Source of the DNA: Eledone cirrhosa
Taxonomy: Eukaryota
Reading direction: 5' to 3'
Assembly: GCA_964016885.1 (NCBI GenBank)
Contig: OZ024759.1
Location: 27,404,001-27,468,000 of the forward strand
DNA: 64,000 nt
The notes below the pieces were generated by a model, which saw only the letters and a program-made list of their open reading frames with translations, made no database searches and was not told the origin of the DNA. Below are positions 39,280-53,135 of the stretch, one piece after another. The position numbers were made by a program, and so were the translations under genes. Within the stretch, counting starts at the first letter, position 1. Each line of letters begins with the position of its first letter.

Positions 39280-41239
39280 TGCATGCTAGTGTGTGTGCAT
39301 TTATTTACTTTTAGACTTGGCCATTTTACATAAAGCCATAAAAGCGCTACTTGTGATATGTACACACGTAAAATCCATATACATTGTATATCTTACACAC
39401 AGGCAGGAGCCTCCCTCTAATACCTCCCTCTAATACCTTCTCAGGCTAGCCAACACACTGGCAGCATTGCCGTGGGTGATAGCGAAGCTAAGTCACTGGA
39501 ATAGCCAAGCACCCACACAGGCATCACTTTATGGGGTCAGAAACATTAAGACTCTTTTCCTATTTTTTAAAACATTAAACTAATATTTTTCTTCACTGTA
39601 CTGTGTTGTTTGCTTTGTTATTTCTGTTTACTTATTACATACATCGCTTTATACCTCGATAAGGTGAGCCGCCAATGATTACAAGAACTTCGTTGTCAGC
39701 GGCACACCTCACTCCGACAGACACAAAATATCTCGAACACCACAGGCTGGAAGAAAATAATTTGCCGATAATTATGTATTTTTAGTCCCACATTCAGTTT
39801 AAAATTTAGGTTAAACGTAATCATAAATTGATTATTTATTTAGTTTTGTTGTTGTTGTATTTTTGACACTACCAGCAGCTGTCAGTACATTTACATATAA
39901 ATAACTTTCTTTTGAATCTGTTGAAAACTTTTCCTAACATTCTTTTTGAAAACAAAACAATTGTTAATTTCGTTGGGTAAAACATATTTTTCAAATACAA
40001 AATGCATAATTTCTGGTGGTAAGAAATACCACTTTTCAGGGTAGGTTGACAGGGTGCTTTTTGTTATGGCAACAGCACTACTTACCTTACAGGGTTGACG
40101 ATGTATTTTTTTTTCTCATGGTACCAGCCCTACCACTTTACAGAGTGGGCTGGGTGCATTATATCATGGCACCGACACATGTCCAGGGAGGAGTCTTGTA
40201 CTCTGTCCTTGAAAGCCATTGAAACCTGGTATAAACCATCAACCTAATAAGCCTCAAGGCTTGAGACAGACTTTAGACTTTGCTTGGAGAGAGAATCCGT
40301 TTGTTGTCAGCAGAGCTAGTATCTCCTTGAACTTTTCCCACTCTGTTCTTATTCTCCCAAATAGGCTTCTTTTTAGGTCTGCTATTAACTACTTTTATGG
40401 AACCATCCTTAGACTGGAAAGTCAACATAGCGAAAAAACAACACAAAAACCTGTTCAAATCCCACCGAGGTCAACTTTGCCTTTCAACCATTCGAAGTCG
40501 ATAAAAAAAAGTACCTACCGTATACTGGGGTCAATTCTTCCTCTCTCTCTCTCTATATATATATATGTGTATGTATATATGTATATATATATATATGTAT
40601 GTATGTATGAATGTATATATGTATGTATGTATGTAACTACTGGTAACATGTATCCCAGTACAACCTGTCTCATGGTCGGGTCGTTGGCGACTAAACTGGC
40701 AACCCCACCAAGGTTTCTTGGTGAGAAGGGTGACTTTGGACATCCTGCAGGACTAAAAACAAAACCTGTCAAAGGGCAAAGGAGCTCTTAAGACTCAATA
40801 GCCATCCAAAATCACCGGGAGAGATGACCCCTTAGCCTTTGTTAAGGCAGAATTCTAGAAGGAAAACTCTGATATAACACCTGCAACCCTGATGGTATCC
40901 AATGATGTTGACTTGTTATTCTTTTTGGTAAATATCATCTTGGTTAAGAGAGTGGGACTGGCTTTGTGCAGTGCCTTTGCTCACTATAAAAGCTTCACGG
41001 TACAGGCATTGCTTTATGTCTGGAGATCTCTCTGCACTTGTCGTTACATGGTACCATGGGCCCAGCACTATGTGTCAATAATTGTCACAAGTGTAGTGTT
41101 TGTACCAGAGTTTTCAAGTCGTTGGCTGGACTAAAAAGTCACACTCGTTCAGCGCATCGGTAGGGGTTCTCCTACATGAATATAAAGTAGTGGCCGTACT
41201 CGAAAACGAGTTGGCAGCCACCATGTATGTATGTATGTA

Positions 41240-42270
41240 TGTTCTTCTGGTTTTATAATTTCACAAATTTTTGCAATAGAGAGAGTCGGTTTCTAACATA
41301 AACACAAGACTCTTTCATTGGAATTTACACATCAACTAGGTAGATATGTATGCATGTCTGCATGCATGCATGTGTAGATATGGATGTTATTATATGTGTG
41401 GATGTGTATGTTTTGAGTTGTATGTGTGCATGTGTATATGCTTAGTATCTGTACATGTGTATATGCAGTTATTAGATGCAAAATTTTTGGAATGTTTTAC
41501 TTATTTTTACTGTTCCATTAATGGATTGTACTTGTAATTTCCTAACTAGTTGTGTTTTTTCTGTTCCTGTGAAGCCCAGCTTCTCAAGATTTGTATTGAG
41601 GCAGTTACTAACATATCCCAGTGCCCCAATAATCACAGGTATACATCTGAAGGTGTAATCAGGGTGGAGTATCTGCAGATTTCTCATTAGTTCTGCATAA
41701 ATATTCTCCTTTTCGCTAATCTTTGATATTATATTGGCATCTGCTGGACAGCTAACTTCCACTACTGTGCATGCTTTCTTTTCCCTGTCCCATATCATAT
41801 CTGGTCTGTTATGCCTGCATTTTATTGGGGTTTTTACTGAAACATTCCACCACTACTCTTTCATATTATGTATATGTAAGTCTTCCACATTGCTGTAGCT
41901 TTTAATGTGTTTATTATCAGGGCTATCTTTTCTACGGATTGTATTGTACAGTGTTTTGGCCACTACATCATGCCTCATAGGTAGATAGTACCGCGATGAC
42001 ATCTTTGGACAGCTGCTTATGACATGGGTGACATCTTCGATGTTAATTCTGCAGAGTCTAGTTTGCACTTGTTATCACATCTAGGTGTTTTGCCTGCATC
42101 CCTATCTCTTTTGTGAATCAGGTATTTTGTGTTTATTTCCTGTTCTTGGATTGCAAAAGCGTATCCTTCAAAGTGGGAGACAATATAGTGGTTGTTGGTC
42201 CAAGATAGACTACTTTCTTTATCTATATTACTCTCACTCTGGAGCTTCCTGGCAACGTCTCCATGCATGA
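41240..42270 (-). mobile_element. R4/Dong-like RLE non-LTR element 3' portion
   Basis: EGYAFAIQEQEINTK, zinc knuckle RLC....EDVTHVISSC, RPD..WD....CTVVEVSCP, IPVIIGALG; frameshifted. Confidence 0.85.
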
Positions 42271-42697
42271 TTTTTTGTCTGTCTGTCTGTCTGTCTGTGT
42301 GTGTAAATATATATATATATATACAAAGAAAATGAAAACAAGGCAGAAATTTCTGTGATGTTATAAAATTATTTAAATGGTTTTAAAAGTGTTTTTTTAT
42401 TGTACAATATAATTCATATTTATAGAAAACATGTAGATTTTCTTTCAAAAAATGGGTGATGAAAAAATAACTTCTTTCATTTATGTGATAAAAGAATATT
42501 TGAATATACATATGGCTTTTTTCAATGGATTCAGTTTTCACTATGAATATTATAAATAAGCTAAATTATTTGTTATGATATATCATATATATATATATAT
42601 GAAACATCATATATACACACACACATATATATATATAGAAGATCCCGTTAAGGGTGAAAGCAGCGATTCTTTGCTTAAACTTTAATCTGTTATTTTA

Positions 42698-42729
<32 letters not shown>

Positions 42730-42949
42730 CATACACACACACACACACATACATATATGTATATAAATACACACATGCACACATATATATGTACATACAC
42801 ACACGCACACACATATATATATAGAGAGAGAGAGAAATGACTTCTACAGGACTAGAACTGTTTCATTTGTATCATCATCATTATCAACGTTTAAACAGTG
42901 AGGATGATGGTGATGTTATAAATGAAACAGTTCTAGTCCTGTAGAAGTC

Positions 42950-42988
<39 letters not shown>

Positions 42989-43342
42989 TATATATATATA
43001 TATATATACATAGATATATATATATAGATAGATAGATATATAGATATATAGATATATAGATATATATATAGAGAGAGAATGATACATTTATCACAACATT
43101 TATAGGCTTATTGATACACAGGTAAGATAGACAGATTGATTGACAGAAAGATCAATAGGCAGGTATAATCAATAGATAGATAGATGGAAAGGCAGGTGGA
43201 TGGATATGTACCCCCCCTGCCCCTTACATGTACACACACACACACATACACACATGTATATACACATATGCATACACACACATATATATATACATATACC
43301 ACACATACACACACACACATACATACACACACACATATATAC

Positions 43343-43399
<57 letters not shown>

Positions 43400-43432
43400 G
43401 ATATATATATATACATATGTATATATATATAG

Positions 43433-43472
<40 letters not shown>

Positions 43473-43635
43473 GCCAAATCAGTTCCTGGATGAACAAGGC
43501 ATGGTCAGCCGACCAGACACTGCCCACAACAGGACAACCCGTCTAACCCATGCTAGCGTGGAAGAATGGACGTAAAACAGTGATGATGATGATGATGATG
43601 TATATCTATATCCACGCTAGCAGGGGTTATATCAT

Positions 43636-43704
<69 letters not shown>

Positions 43705-45554
43705 GTAAACGGAATAGAAAATGCTGACAAATTGTTCACAGTTGAAAAATGGTTTAATTAGGAATAAAAGAGTATTAGTGATTGTATGGATTAGTATTCA
43801 GTTGTGGTTTTAAGTTTTTAAGTTTTTACCGGTTGCGCATTTCTAAATGCTTTTCAAAAATAATTTTGAGATAGAGTGTCCGTGCTGTTTGCTCTGATCT
43901 GAGCAAACAGCACGGACACTCTATCTCAAAATTATTTTTGAAAAGCATTTAGAAATGCGCAACCGGTAAAAACTTAAAAACTTAAAACCACAACTGAATA
44001 CTAATCCATACAATCACTAATACTCTTTTATTCCTAATTAAACCATTTTTCAACTGTGAACAATTTGTCAGCATTTTCTATTCCGTTTACCAATATATAA
44101 TAACTTGTGTGTTACACCTCTATTCTTTTAACTATATATATATGTATATCTATATATATATATATATATATATATAAATGATATAACCCCTGCTAGCGTG
44201 GAAGATAGACGTGGAAGATAAACGATGATGATGATGATGATGATGATGAAATGAGGGTTTAAAATAATATACAATTTTTAAAAACAGCAGTGTAGATGTG
44301 TTTCTTCGAGGTTGATTGTATGACATTACAAAACTACCATCAATTAGTCATTTGTCTGTACATTTATACATCTCCCCTTTGAAACAATTGTAAAAACAAT
44401 AATTTCACTAAAACCTCATTTTGTTCTTCTCCTTTGTTCATCATTTTACATCCGTATTTTCCCCTGCTTGCACCATAAACTCAGTCACCCAAAACCTCAT
44501 CATCACTTTCTCTTCCCCAGCAGCTTCCCATCCTCCCACATGAGAAATGTAGACTCACTAAGAGAACCTTTATATACATGAATAGCAGCCCATGACTGCT
44601 CTGAACAGGCATGGGGCGGACGGAGGCTTGATAGCCCGAAGTGTATGCAACCAGTCCAGGAGAGCAACCACTCCGAATAAATTGGTGCGGGACGGAGAAG
44701 CCACCCAAAGTCCAGTAAGACAATTCCCTAGTGTTGGTGGCACAAATAAAAGCACCCAGTCCATGCTATAAAATGGTGGTGATGGAACTGGCATTCAGCC
44801 ATTAAAAACCATGCCAAAGTAATGGGGTGGAGAGGGCCAGTAAGACAACCTCTCTAGAGCTGGTGGCATGAATAAAAGCACCCAGTCCATGCTGTAAAGT
44901 GGTGCTGGTGATAGAAAGGGCATCCAACCAGTATATTATTAATGCCAAATTATGAGAACAAAATACAAATAATATTATATAACACATAGATCAGGTGACT
45001 ATGTCTAGTAGAAACCAAGCCAAAATCAGTTCTGTATGAGCAGGACATGGTCACCTGACCTGGCATTGCCTACAACAGGACAACCCATCTAACCCATGCT
45101 AGCGTGGAGAAATGGACGTAAAACAGTAATGATGATGATGATGATGATTACCATCCCTGATATACCGAAAACTAAGACAATCTGATGGATATCAGTGTCA
45201 AGTATGGACAGAGATTGTTTCTTTGTTCGGTTTATGTGTGTGTGTGTGTGTGTCAAATGTGAGACGGAATGAGGCAATCACACACAAACAGACACACACA
45301 CAAACACATAGGTAAAATCCCGACCGCGGCACCAAGTGGTTTCCAGCTTGTGTGTTCAGCTTGCCTTTACAAAGGGTATAGGAGTTTCTGCAGTGTTTGT
45401 TACCCTGTAAAAATTTCTACACCTTTGCAATGGCAAGCTGAATACACAAACCGAACCTGTTTAGTGATGCGGAAGGGATTTACATATCTCTTTACCCACT
45501 CTGCATGTCCCCATGCATTGAATACTTCCATGGTCTCACAGGTCTCACCAATGC

Positions 45555-45606
<52 letters not shown>

Positions 45607-45760
45607 ACCATCACTGGGTCCTCTCCGGGTTTTGATCTCTGTATTAATTATTACTACATATACAGGGTCATACATTTTCCTATTACCCACTCTACTACCC
45701 TAAGTATTGAGTACTCTGGTGCATTATGGTTCATCTGGTTCCTTACAACAACTCCTTCGT

Positions 45761-45792
<32 letters not shown>

Positions 45793-46458
45793 TAAACAAA
45801 TAATGAATAAACAATTCCTTATATTAAACAAAAAAATTCATTATTTAACGATCGTTTCTAGGATATATATGTGTTAGAGTTGGCATGCATATTCAACAGA
45901 TCTATGTACAAAATTATACAAAATTATACAAACTATCAAGATTAAATATACATACATAATTTTGTATAATTTTGTACATAGATCTGTTGAATATGCATGC
46001 CAACTCTAACACATATATATCCTAGAAACGATCGTTAAATAATGAATTTTTTTGTTTAATATAAGCAATTGTTTATTCATTATTTGTTTAATATTTTATC
46101 TTGACTCTGTATACCGTTTATCTTTCACCGAAAGTGATTTTTCATTACATTTCTTCTTTCCATGATATCCGGAATACATTGAGTTCTTCATACGGATTGG
46201 ACACTACCGTAAACTCTTGGTAGATTTATCTACATATATATATATATATATATATATATAACCCTCTCTTGGTTTTGATCTTTGTATTAATTATTACTAT
46301 ATATATATATAAGTGTATGTGTATATATATATATATATATGTACGTACATACAATCATATACATATATCTACATATATACAAGTGTAAATGTAAAAATGT
46401 TTGTTCATCCACTATTTTATTTTGGATGAACGGTATGGTGTCATCGTTTGTGTGACTG

Positions 46459-46518
<60 letters not shown>

Positions 46519-46589
46519 TGTTGAAGCTTGCTTGAAGCATTGTGGAATATGAGATATGGTTGATTAAAAAGAACCATTTTCATGTATAC

Positions 46590-46669
<80 letters not shown>

Positions 46670-46728
46670 ATATATATTTATACGTATGTATATGTATATT
46701 TATATATATATATATATATATACATATG

Positions 46729-46798
<70 letters not shown>

Positions 46799-46911
46799 TA
46801 TGTGTATGTATACATACACATAAGTATGCATGTACACACACACACACACACATGTATATATATATATATATACAGACACATAAGTATATGTGTAAATGTA
46901 AAACTGTTTGT

Positions 46912-47099
46912 TTAAGCCTCAATCTCATAGTCAATGACCGGTACAGTGTCATCGTCCGTGTGTCGTCGTATGGCGGAAATAATGTCCTGAGCTGCGGCTT
47001 TCTTCTCCGCTGTCAGACGCTTCAGTTTCGGTGAGAAACAGAAGACAAGTGATAACACACTGAACAGAACCAGCATTCCACTTCCAAAGAGATTGGATA
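46912..47099 (-). CDS. SLC49A3: SLC49A3-like exon 10 (terminal)
   Basis: cttgcag|(I)[32 protein letters not shown]...DYEIEA*; the joined CDS is 1455 nt with no frameshift. Confidence 0.9.
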
Positions 47100-47427
47100 C
47101 TGCAAGAAAATTAGATAGAGCTTTATATACAAACATTATACATACATACTTCCGGTTATTAAAACAATGATGCAATAAATTAATTAACCCTTTAGCATTT
47201 AAACCAACCATATCTGACCAGAATTCTCTCACCTCTTTAGGTTCAAACTGGCCGTAACAAGCCACTCATACTGATGTTAGGTATTGTGTCTCAAAATAAA
47301 TAATATCAAAATCTCATAGATTTGATATTATGTAAGATAATTAAGTGAGGTAAAGCCTTTACTGTGAAAATCCAATAGTATATATATATAGAGTAATGTA
47401 AATGGTAAGGGGTTAAAGCACTCAATA

Positions 47428-47500
<73 letters not shown>

Positions 47501-48196
47501 CAGCATTTTTTTACTAAATAAATTTTAGCCTGACAGTGGGGTTTAGAACCCAAGTAAAAAAATGCAGTGAAAGGTATTTCTAATTTCAAACTCACTTGCT
47601 GTATCTAAACAGACTTATATATATATATATATATACACACACATCATCATCATCGTTTAACGTCTACCTTCCAATCTAGCATGGGTTAGACGGGAATTGT
47701 CCCATTTGAGGTAAGATTGGTTGGGTGTCCGTGTCTCACTCGTATAGGATTATCTGGCAGGTTTTCTACGGCTGGATGCCCTTCCAAACACCAACCACAT
47801 TTATAGTGTGGACTGGGAGCTTTTTACCATGTTGCCTACACGACCACATTACAGTGTAGACTGTGTTCCTCCTCCCCTTTTTTTGTCATGACACCTACAT
47901 GACCTCATTATTTTGGACTATATATAAATACACACACACATTATATACATATATATCATAAATCCATGATATTATGACCTTAAGTTCAACATCATTACCA
48001 CTAGGCCACGTGGCTTCACTAGTTAAAATTAGTCAATGAAAGAAATGAAGTCTACGAGAAGATGAAGGGAGCTAACTGGTGGAGGGTCTGATTAAGGAAT
48101 ATAAAAAGGAAATATATGAATTTACAGAAGAGTGCCACTGTGTGGTGTGTCACTAAATAGATATAAAAAAAAAAAAAAGACGTCTTTGTTACTCAC

Positions 48197-48321
48197 TTGT
48201 AAAATCTAAACTTTGATTTGATAGGCTGTTGGTATTACAGGTACTGTTAAGTGCCTGCCATGGTGACATTGGTTTAGCTAGGAGCTGCATAACCACAATG
48301 AAGATCACTCCCAAAAATTGT
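48197..48321 (-). CDS. SLC49A3: SLC49A3-like exon 9
   Basis: tttttag|(G)QFLGVIFIVVMQLLAKP...SLDFT A|GTGAG; 125 nt, phase 2/1. Confidence 0.9.
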
Positions 48322-49370
48322 CTAAAAAATAAATGTGATTTTTGTAGATAAGCCGACTTCTCAATGATGATGATATATATATGTATATGTATGTGTATAT
48401 ATATATATAGAGAGAGAAATTAAATGTTAAAGAAGACAATACCAAATTCTTGAACAAATATATTTAATGGCTTACAATTGATTCACAAATCATATCAGAA
48501 TCCAGTACATAACAATTATCGATTATATAATCGATAAAAGAAATGATAATATAAGGAAAGCTTGATATGATCTCATCTTCAGAGCAGAAAATAAAATAAA
48601 TATAAAATTCAAAAATACATGTCACTGAAAATAGGGACTACAATAAATATAAAACACGAAGCATACCAGTCAACATTCGAAGGATGGAAGCAGAAGTTAA
48701 CCGTTTAAAGAGATGGTGAAGATATGAAACAAGAAACAAAGTGGTGTATATAGCAAGGGGCATAAATATGACGGAAGGGAGATAATTAATAGAATTACAA
48801 AGGAAATATTTACATAGCATGACCATCACATATGATAATTGTTTCTACTTTAGGCACAAGGCCAGCAATTATCCAGTACATTACTGGTACTTTATTTTAT
48901 CGACCCCGTAAGGATGAAAGGTAAAGTTAACCTTGGCGGGATTTGAACTCAGACCGTAAAGGGACGTAACTATGCTAGATTGTTTTTATCTATCATTTTC
49001 TTTCCCTGTAATTCATAAAATACATTTTTTTAAATCTTTCCTCCATTATCTTCATATACATCAATTCCTCTAATTTTTTAAATCTTAAATGATTCCTCCT
49101 AAATTAACCCTCCTGATTTATTTTGCATGCTATTTCTTTTCACACCTATATTCATTTTTTTATTCTACGGTTAATAGTAATACTAACACCTATGGCCCTT
49201 TTAAAAAAAATATTTCCTTTGTAATTCTATTAATTATCTCCCTTTCATCATATTTATGCCCCTTGCTATATAAACCTCCTTGTTTCCTGTGATACATAAC
49301 AACAACAACAACACAAGCAATAAATTAAGAGGTGTAAAAAGAACAACAATAAAAAGAGACATCAACTTAC

Positions 49371-49528
49371 CCTGCTATCATCAACAGACCGGAACTTGTT
49401 GCCTCGGCAACAGGATACGTACACTCCACAGCTGCTTCCATGCATGACGGATACAAGGAGAACCCAAACAAACCAAACAGGGAAATACTTGCCACTATCA
49501 GAGCATTCTGGTCTTCATATCTACTGAC
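49371..49528 (-). CDS. SLC49A3: SLC49A3-like exon 8
   Basis: cacag|VSRYEDQNALIVASISLFGLFGFSLYPSCMEAAVECTYPVAEATSSGLLMIA GG|GTAAG; 158 nt. Confidence 0.93.
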
Positions 49529-49929
49529 CTGTGATATGTATATAATTGATTGATTAATTAATTCATTAAAGACAATAGAAATAGAATTATCATATTTGCT
49601 GGCTTATTGGACGTATAAGACGCCCCTTGGTTTTACAAGGACATTTTTAGAAAAAAGAATTTTAGTACATTTCTTCATAGACACATCATCATCCTTATCA
49701 TTTAATGTCCACTTTCCACGCTAGCATGGGTTATACGCGTTATCCCATTTGAAGCAAGTTGGGTCAGGTGACCGTGTCTTGCTCACACACAACTGTTTCT
49801 GGCTAGATTTCTACAGCTGAATACCCTTCCTATTGCCAACCACATTTACAGTGTGTGCTGGGTGCTTTTTGTCATGATACCTACACAACAACTTTACACC
49901 CACAACAACAACAACACTGGGCATTTTTT

Positions 49930-50225
49930 TTATTCCATGGACATGCTTACAAAATCAGAAAACAGTACAGCACCCTTGACTTTCAGAAACATTTTTTCAT
50001 GCTCAGAGTTGCTGAAGTATGGAACAAACTACCTGCATCAGTTGTTAACTGTCAGTACACTGCATCCTTCAAAATCTCCATGCTTCCCAATATTTGCCAA
50101 CACTATACCTTATATTCCCCCTCTACACACTGTTCACTTTCCTGACATTTGTACATTAGTCTATGTACTATACATGCACCTTTGACGAGTAGTAGTGCAC
50201 CTGAGCACTGTACACAATAATTTTC
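49930..50225 (+). mobile_element. CR1-clade LINE 3' end
   Basis: HGHAYKIRKQ...HFFMLRVAEVWNKLPASVV; tail GTGCACCTGAGCACTGTACACAAT; also at 29056-29255, 54253-54580(-), 60752-60800. Confidence 0.8.
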
Positions 50226-50863
50226 ATTATTATTATTTTTATAAATTCATTAAAAATTATTTCATTCGTTTTTTTCAGAAACTTTTATATAAATTCAACA
50301 TCATTTTGCTTATATAAATTATATTCTATTATTGTATTAGTAATAATAATAATAATTGTTTCTACTTTTGGCACAAGGCCAGCAATTACTCCAGTGTATT
50401 ACTGGTACTTTATTTTATCGACCCCATAAGGATGAAAGGCAAAGTGAACCTCGGCGAGATTTGAACTCAGACGATAAAGGGACGTAACTCTGCTGCAAAG
50501 CATGGCGTCAGACCCTCTACCGACACTGCCAATCCACCACCAAGTAATACTAATAATACTAATAAAGTAATACTAATAGTACAGTAATACTAATACAGTA
50601 ATACTAATAATAATACAAAGTACATTGTATTGTATTACTGTATAAGTAATACTAATAGTAATACAATTACGTTACTGATTACATAAGACAGTGTAACGCA
50701 GTCTTCGTTCAATTTGTCTGTATATTGTCAATTACGATTTTATTTAATATATCATATCTACATGCATATATATTTGTGTATAATATCAATATGCACACTA
50801 CACATGCTAGCAGAATATAATTACACTGCTAGTAAAATATAATGAAAACAGCCTTTCACTTAC

Positions 50864-51016
50864 CAGTGAAAACATTATACTGAACAGAGTTGTGATACAT
50901 GCACATGTCTTGATGATGAGTTCAAAACGTTTAGTGTAGTCGATGAGAAGGCCAGCCAGACCTGCACCAATAATACCAGATCCAATGAACACAGCGCCAC
51001 AAATGCCAGAGAAATA
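50864..51016 (-). CDS. SLC49A3: SLC49A3-like exon 7
   Basis: tattag|YFSGICGAVFIGSGIIGAGLAGLLIDYTKRF...MFSL|GTAAG; 153 nt. Confidence 0.92.
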
Positions 51017-52193
51017 CTAATAAATATAGAGAAAATAATAATAATAATAATAATAATTGTTTCTACTTTTGGCACAAGGCCAGCAATTACCCAGTGTATT
51101 ACTGGTACTTTATTTTATCGACCCCGTAAGGATGAAAGGCAAAGTTAACCTCAGCGGGATTTGAACTCAGAATGGAAAGGGCTGTAACTCTTTGCGTCAA
51201 AGCATGGCGTCCAACCCTCTACCGATACTGCCAATCCACCATAATAATGGTTTCATTTATTAGCTGCAAGGGCCGACATATAGGGGACAATACAACAGAT
51301 GGGGACAGTGGGAGGGTTTTACACAAAAATCGAGTAAAAAATAGGAAAACAATAACAATAAACAAGAAAAATACAACGATAGGGGGGATAACCACCCAGG
51401 GTTGACTCAGGCATCCCACCAATCCTGAACCACCCGACGCTTCGAGGGCACCCCTCTCCTCTTCAAATTCACCAGCCTACAAGCACATGGTCAGAGTAGG
51501 CCCACTCACACAGGCCATTCGTGCCACATTCACCTACCTTTCAGCAAATGTACTGGGGGGGGGAACACTTCTCTCTCCACCTTCACCATCCTTTCTAAGT
51601 GAAATTTGAAAAGTTGATTTCTTATTTAGGCACATGATGATGATGATGATTCTGCCAATAACTAGCTGAATATTTAACCCTTTGGCATTTAAAACTGCTG
51701 TGTCTGGCCAGAATTCTCTCACCTCTTTTTGTTCAAAACAGCCATAACCGACCACTCATACTGACGTTAAGGTATTGTTCTCATAAAAAAATAATAATGT
51801 CATGAAAATCTCGTAGATTCAATATGAGATAATTTTGTAAGGTAAAGCCTTTACCATGAAAATACAATAGTATATATAGTAATGTGAATGCTAAAGGGTT
51901 AAAGTGTTGGATATTGCTATCGCCAGTTAACCCTTTAGCATTTAAACTGGTCATATCCAGCCAGAATTCTCTCACCTCTTTCTGTTCAAACCAGCTGTAA
52001 CAGGTCACTCATACTGATGTAAAGGTATTGTTCTCAAAACAAACAATATCAAAATCTCATAGATTCGATATTTTGTGAGATAAAGCCTTTACCACGAAAA
52101 TACAATAGTAAATATAGAATAATGTAAATGCTAAAGGTTTAATAAGAGGTAAAAGAGAAAGAAAAAGAAAGTAAAGATTATGGAGACACTTAC

Positions 52194-52310
52194 GTCAGTG
52201 TAACCTCTTGGACATAAAATTTGTTGAAATAATGTTGACAATGCAGTGAAGAGACCCAAACCAGCTCCAAAGTTCAGACACAACACCAAATAAGATTTAT
52301 TCTTCACCAG
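52194..52310 (-). CDS. SLC49A3: SLC49A3-like exon 6
   Basis: tttcag|LVKNKSYLVLCLNFGAGLGLFTALSTLFQQILCPRGYTD|GTAAG; 117 nt. Confidence 0.92.
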
Positions 52311-53003
52311 CTGAAATATATAAAAATATGGAATGAAATTTAGATTTATTTCAGAGACTTATCGTCATCATTATCATCATCATCACTGTTTAGTGTTCAT
52401 TTTTCCACACTAGCATGGGTTAGACGAGTTTGTCCTGTTGTGAGACAAGCCAGATCAGGTGACCTCGTCTTGCTAAGCCCTTCCTAATGCCAACCACATT
52501 TACAATGTGGACTGGGTGCTTTTTGTCATAGCACCTACATGACCATTTTACAGTGTGGTCTGGATGCTTTTTGTTGTGACACCTTACAGCATATACTGGG
52601 TGCTTTTTGTCAAGACACCTACATGACCACTTTACAGTGTTGGCCAGGTGCTTTTTGTTGTAACACCTACAGGACTACTTTACAGTGTTGGCTGGGGTAG
52701 TAAAGGGCTGCAAACTGAGGTACTGAGAGACACTGAACATCTGTACATCAGATTCCTTACTGAACTCATTGTTAATTCTCTCTTCAGTGACCAATGTCTT
52801 TTGAGTGAAACTTGGTGGATGGAAACTGTATGGAAGCCCATTGTACATATGTGTGTGTGGAGGTGAGAAAAGGGCAGAAGTGTGGAGAGGATTGAAAAGA
52901 GAAGGAAATAGAGTAGTGATGTAGCAATGCAGATAGAGTGCAGATGTAAAACAGATGTAAACTAGATGCAAAACAGAGGAGAAATAAAGATATATTGACA
53001 GAC

Positions 53004-53135
53004 CTGTTTAAGACCAACCGTAAATGGTTCTGATGGTTTCTCAGCACTTGATGTGGGGGGTGTTGGGGGCACAGACCGACAGATGAAAATTGACATTATT
53101 GCCCCCAATATTGCAGGAATTGTGTACATGTAAAG
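53004..53135 (-). CDS. SLC49A3: SLC49A3-like exon 5
   Basis: cttgaag|LYMYTIPAILGAIMSIFICRSVPPTPPTSSAEKPSEPFTVGLKQ|GTCTG; 132 nt; PPTPP motif. Confidence 0.92.

Noticed and set aside
39654-39746. Apparent minus-strand exon with a good acceptor and donor
   Set aside because: Homologous to 59260-59350 on the plus strand, so it is an old dispersed repeat; no link to either gene
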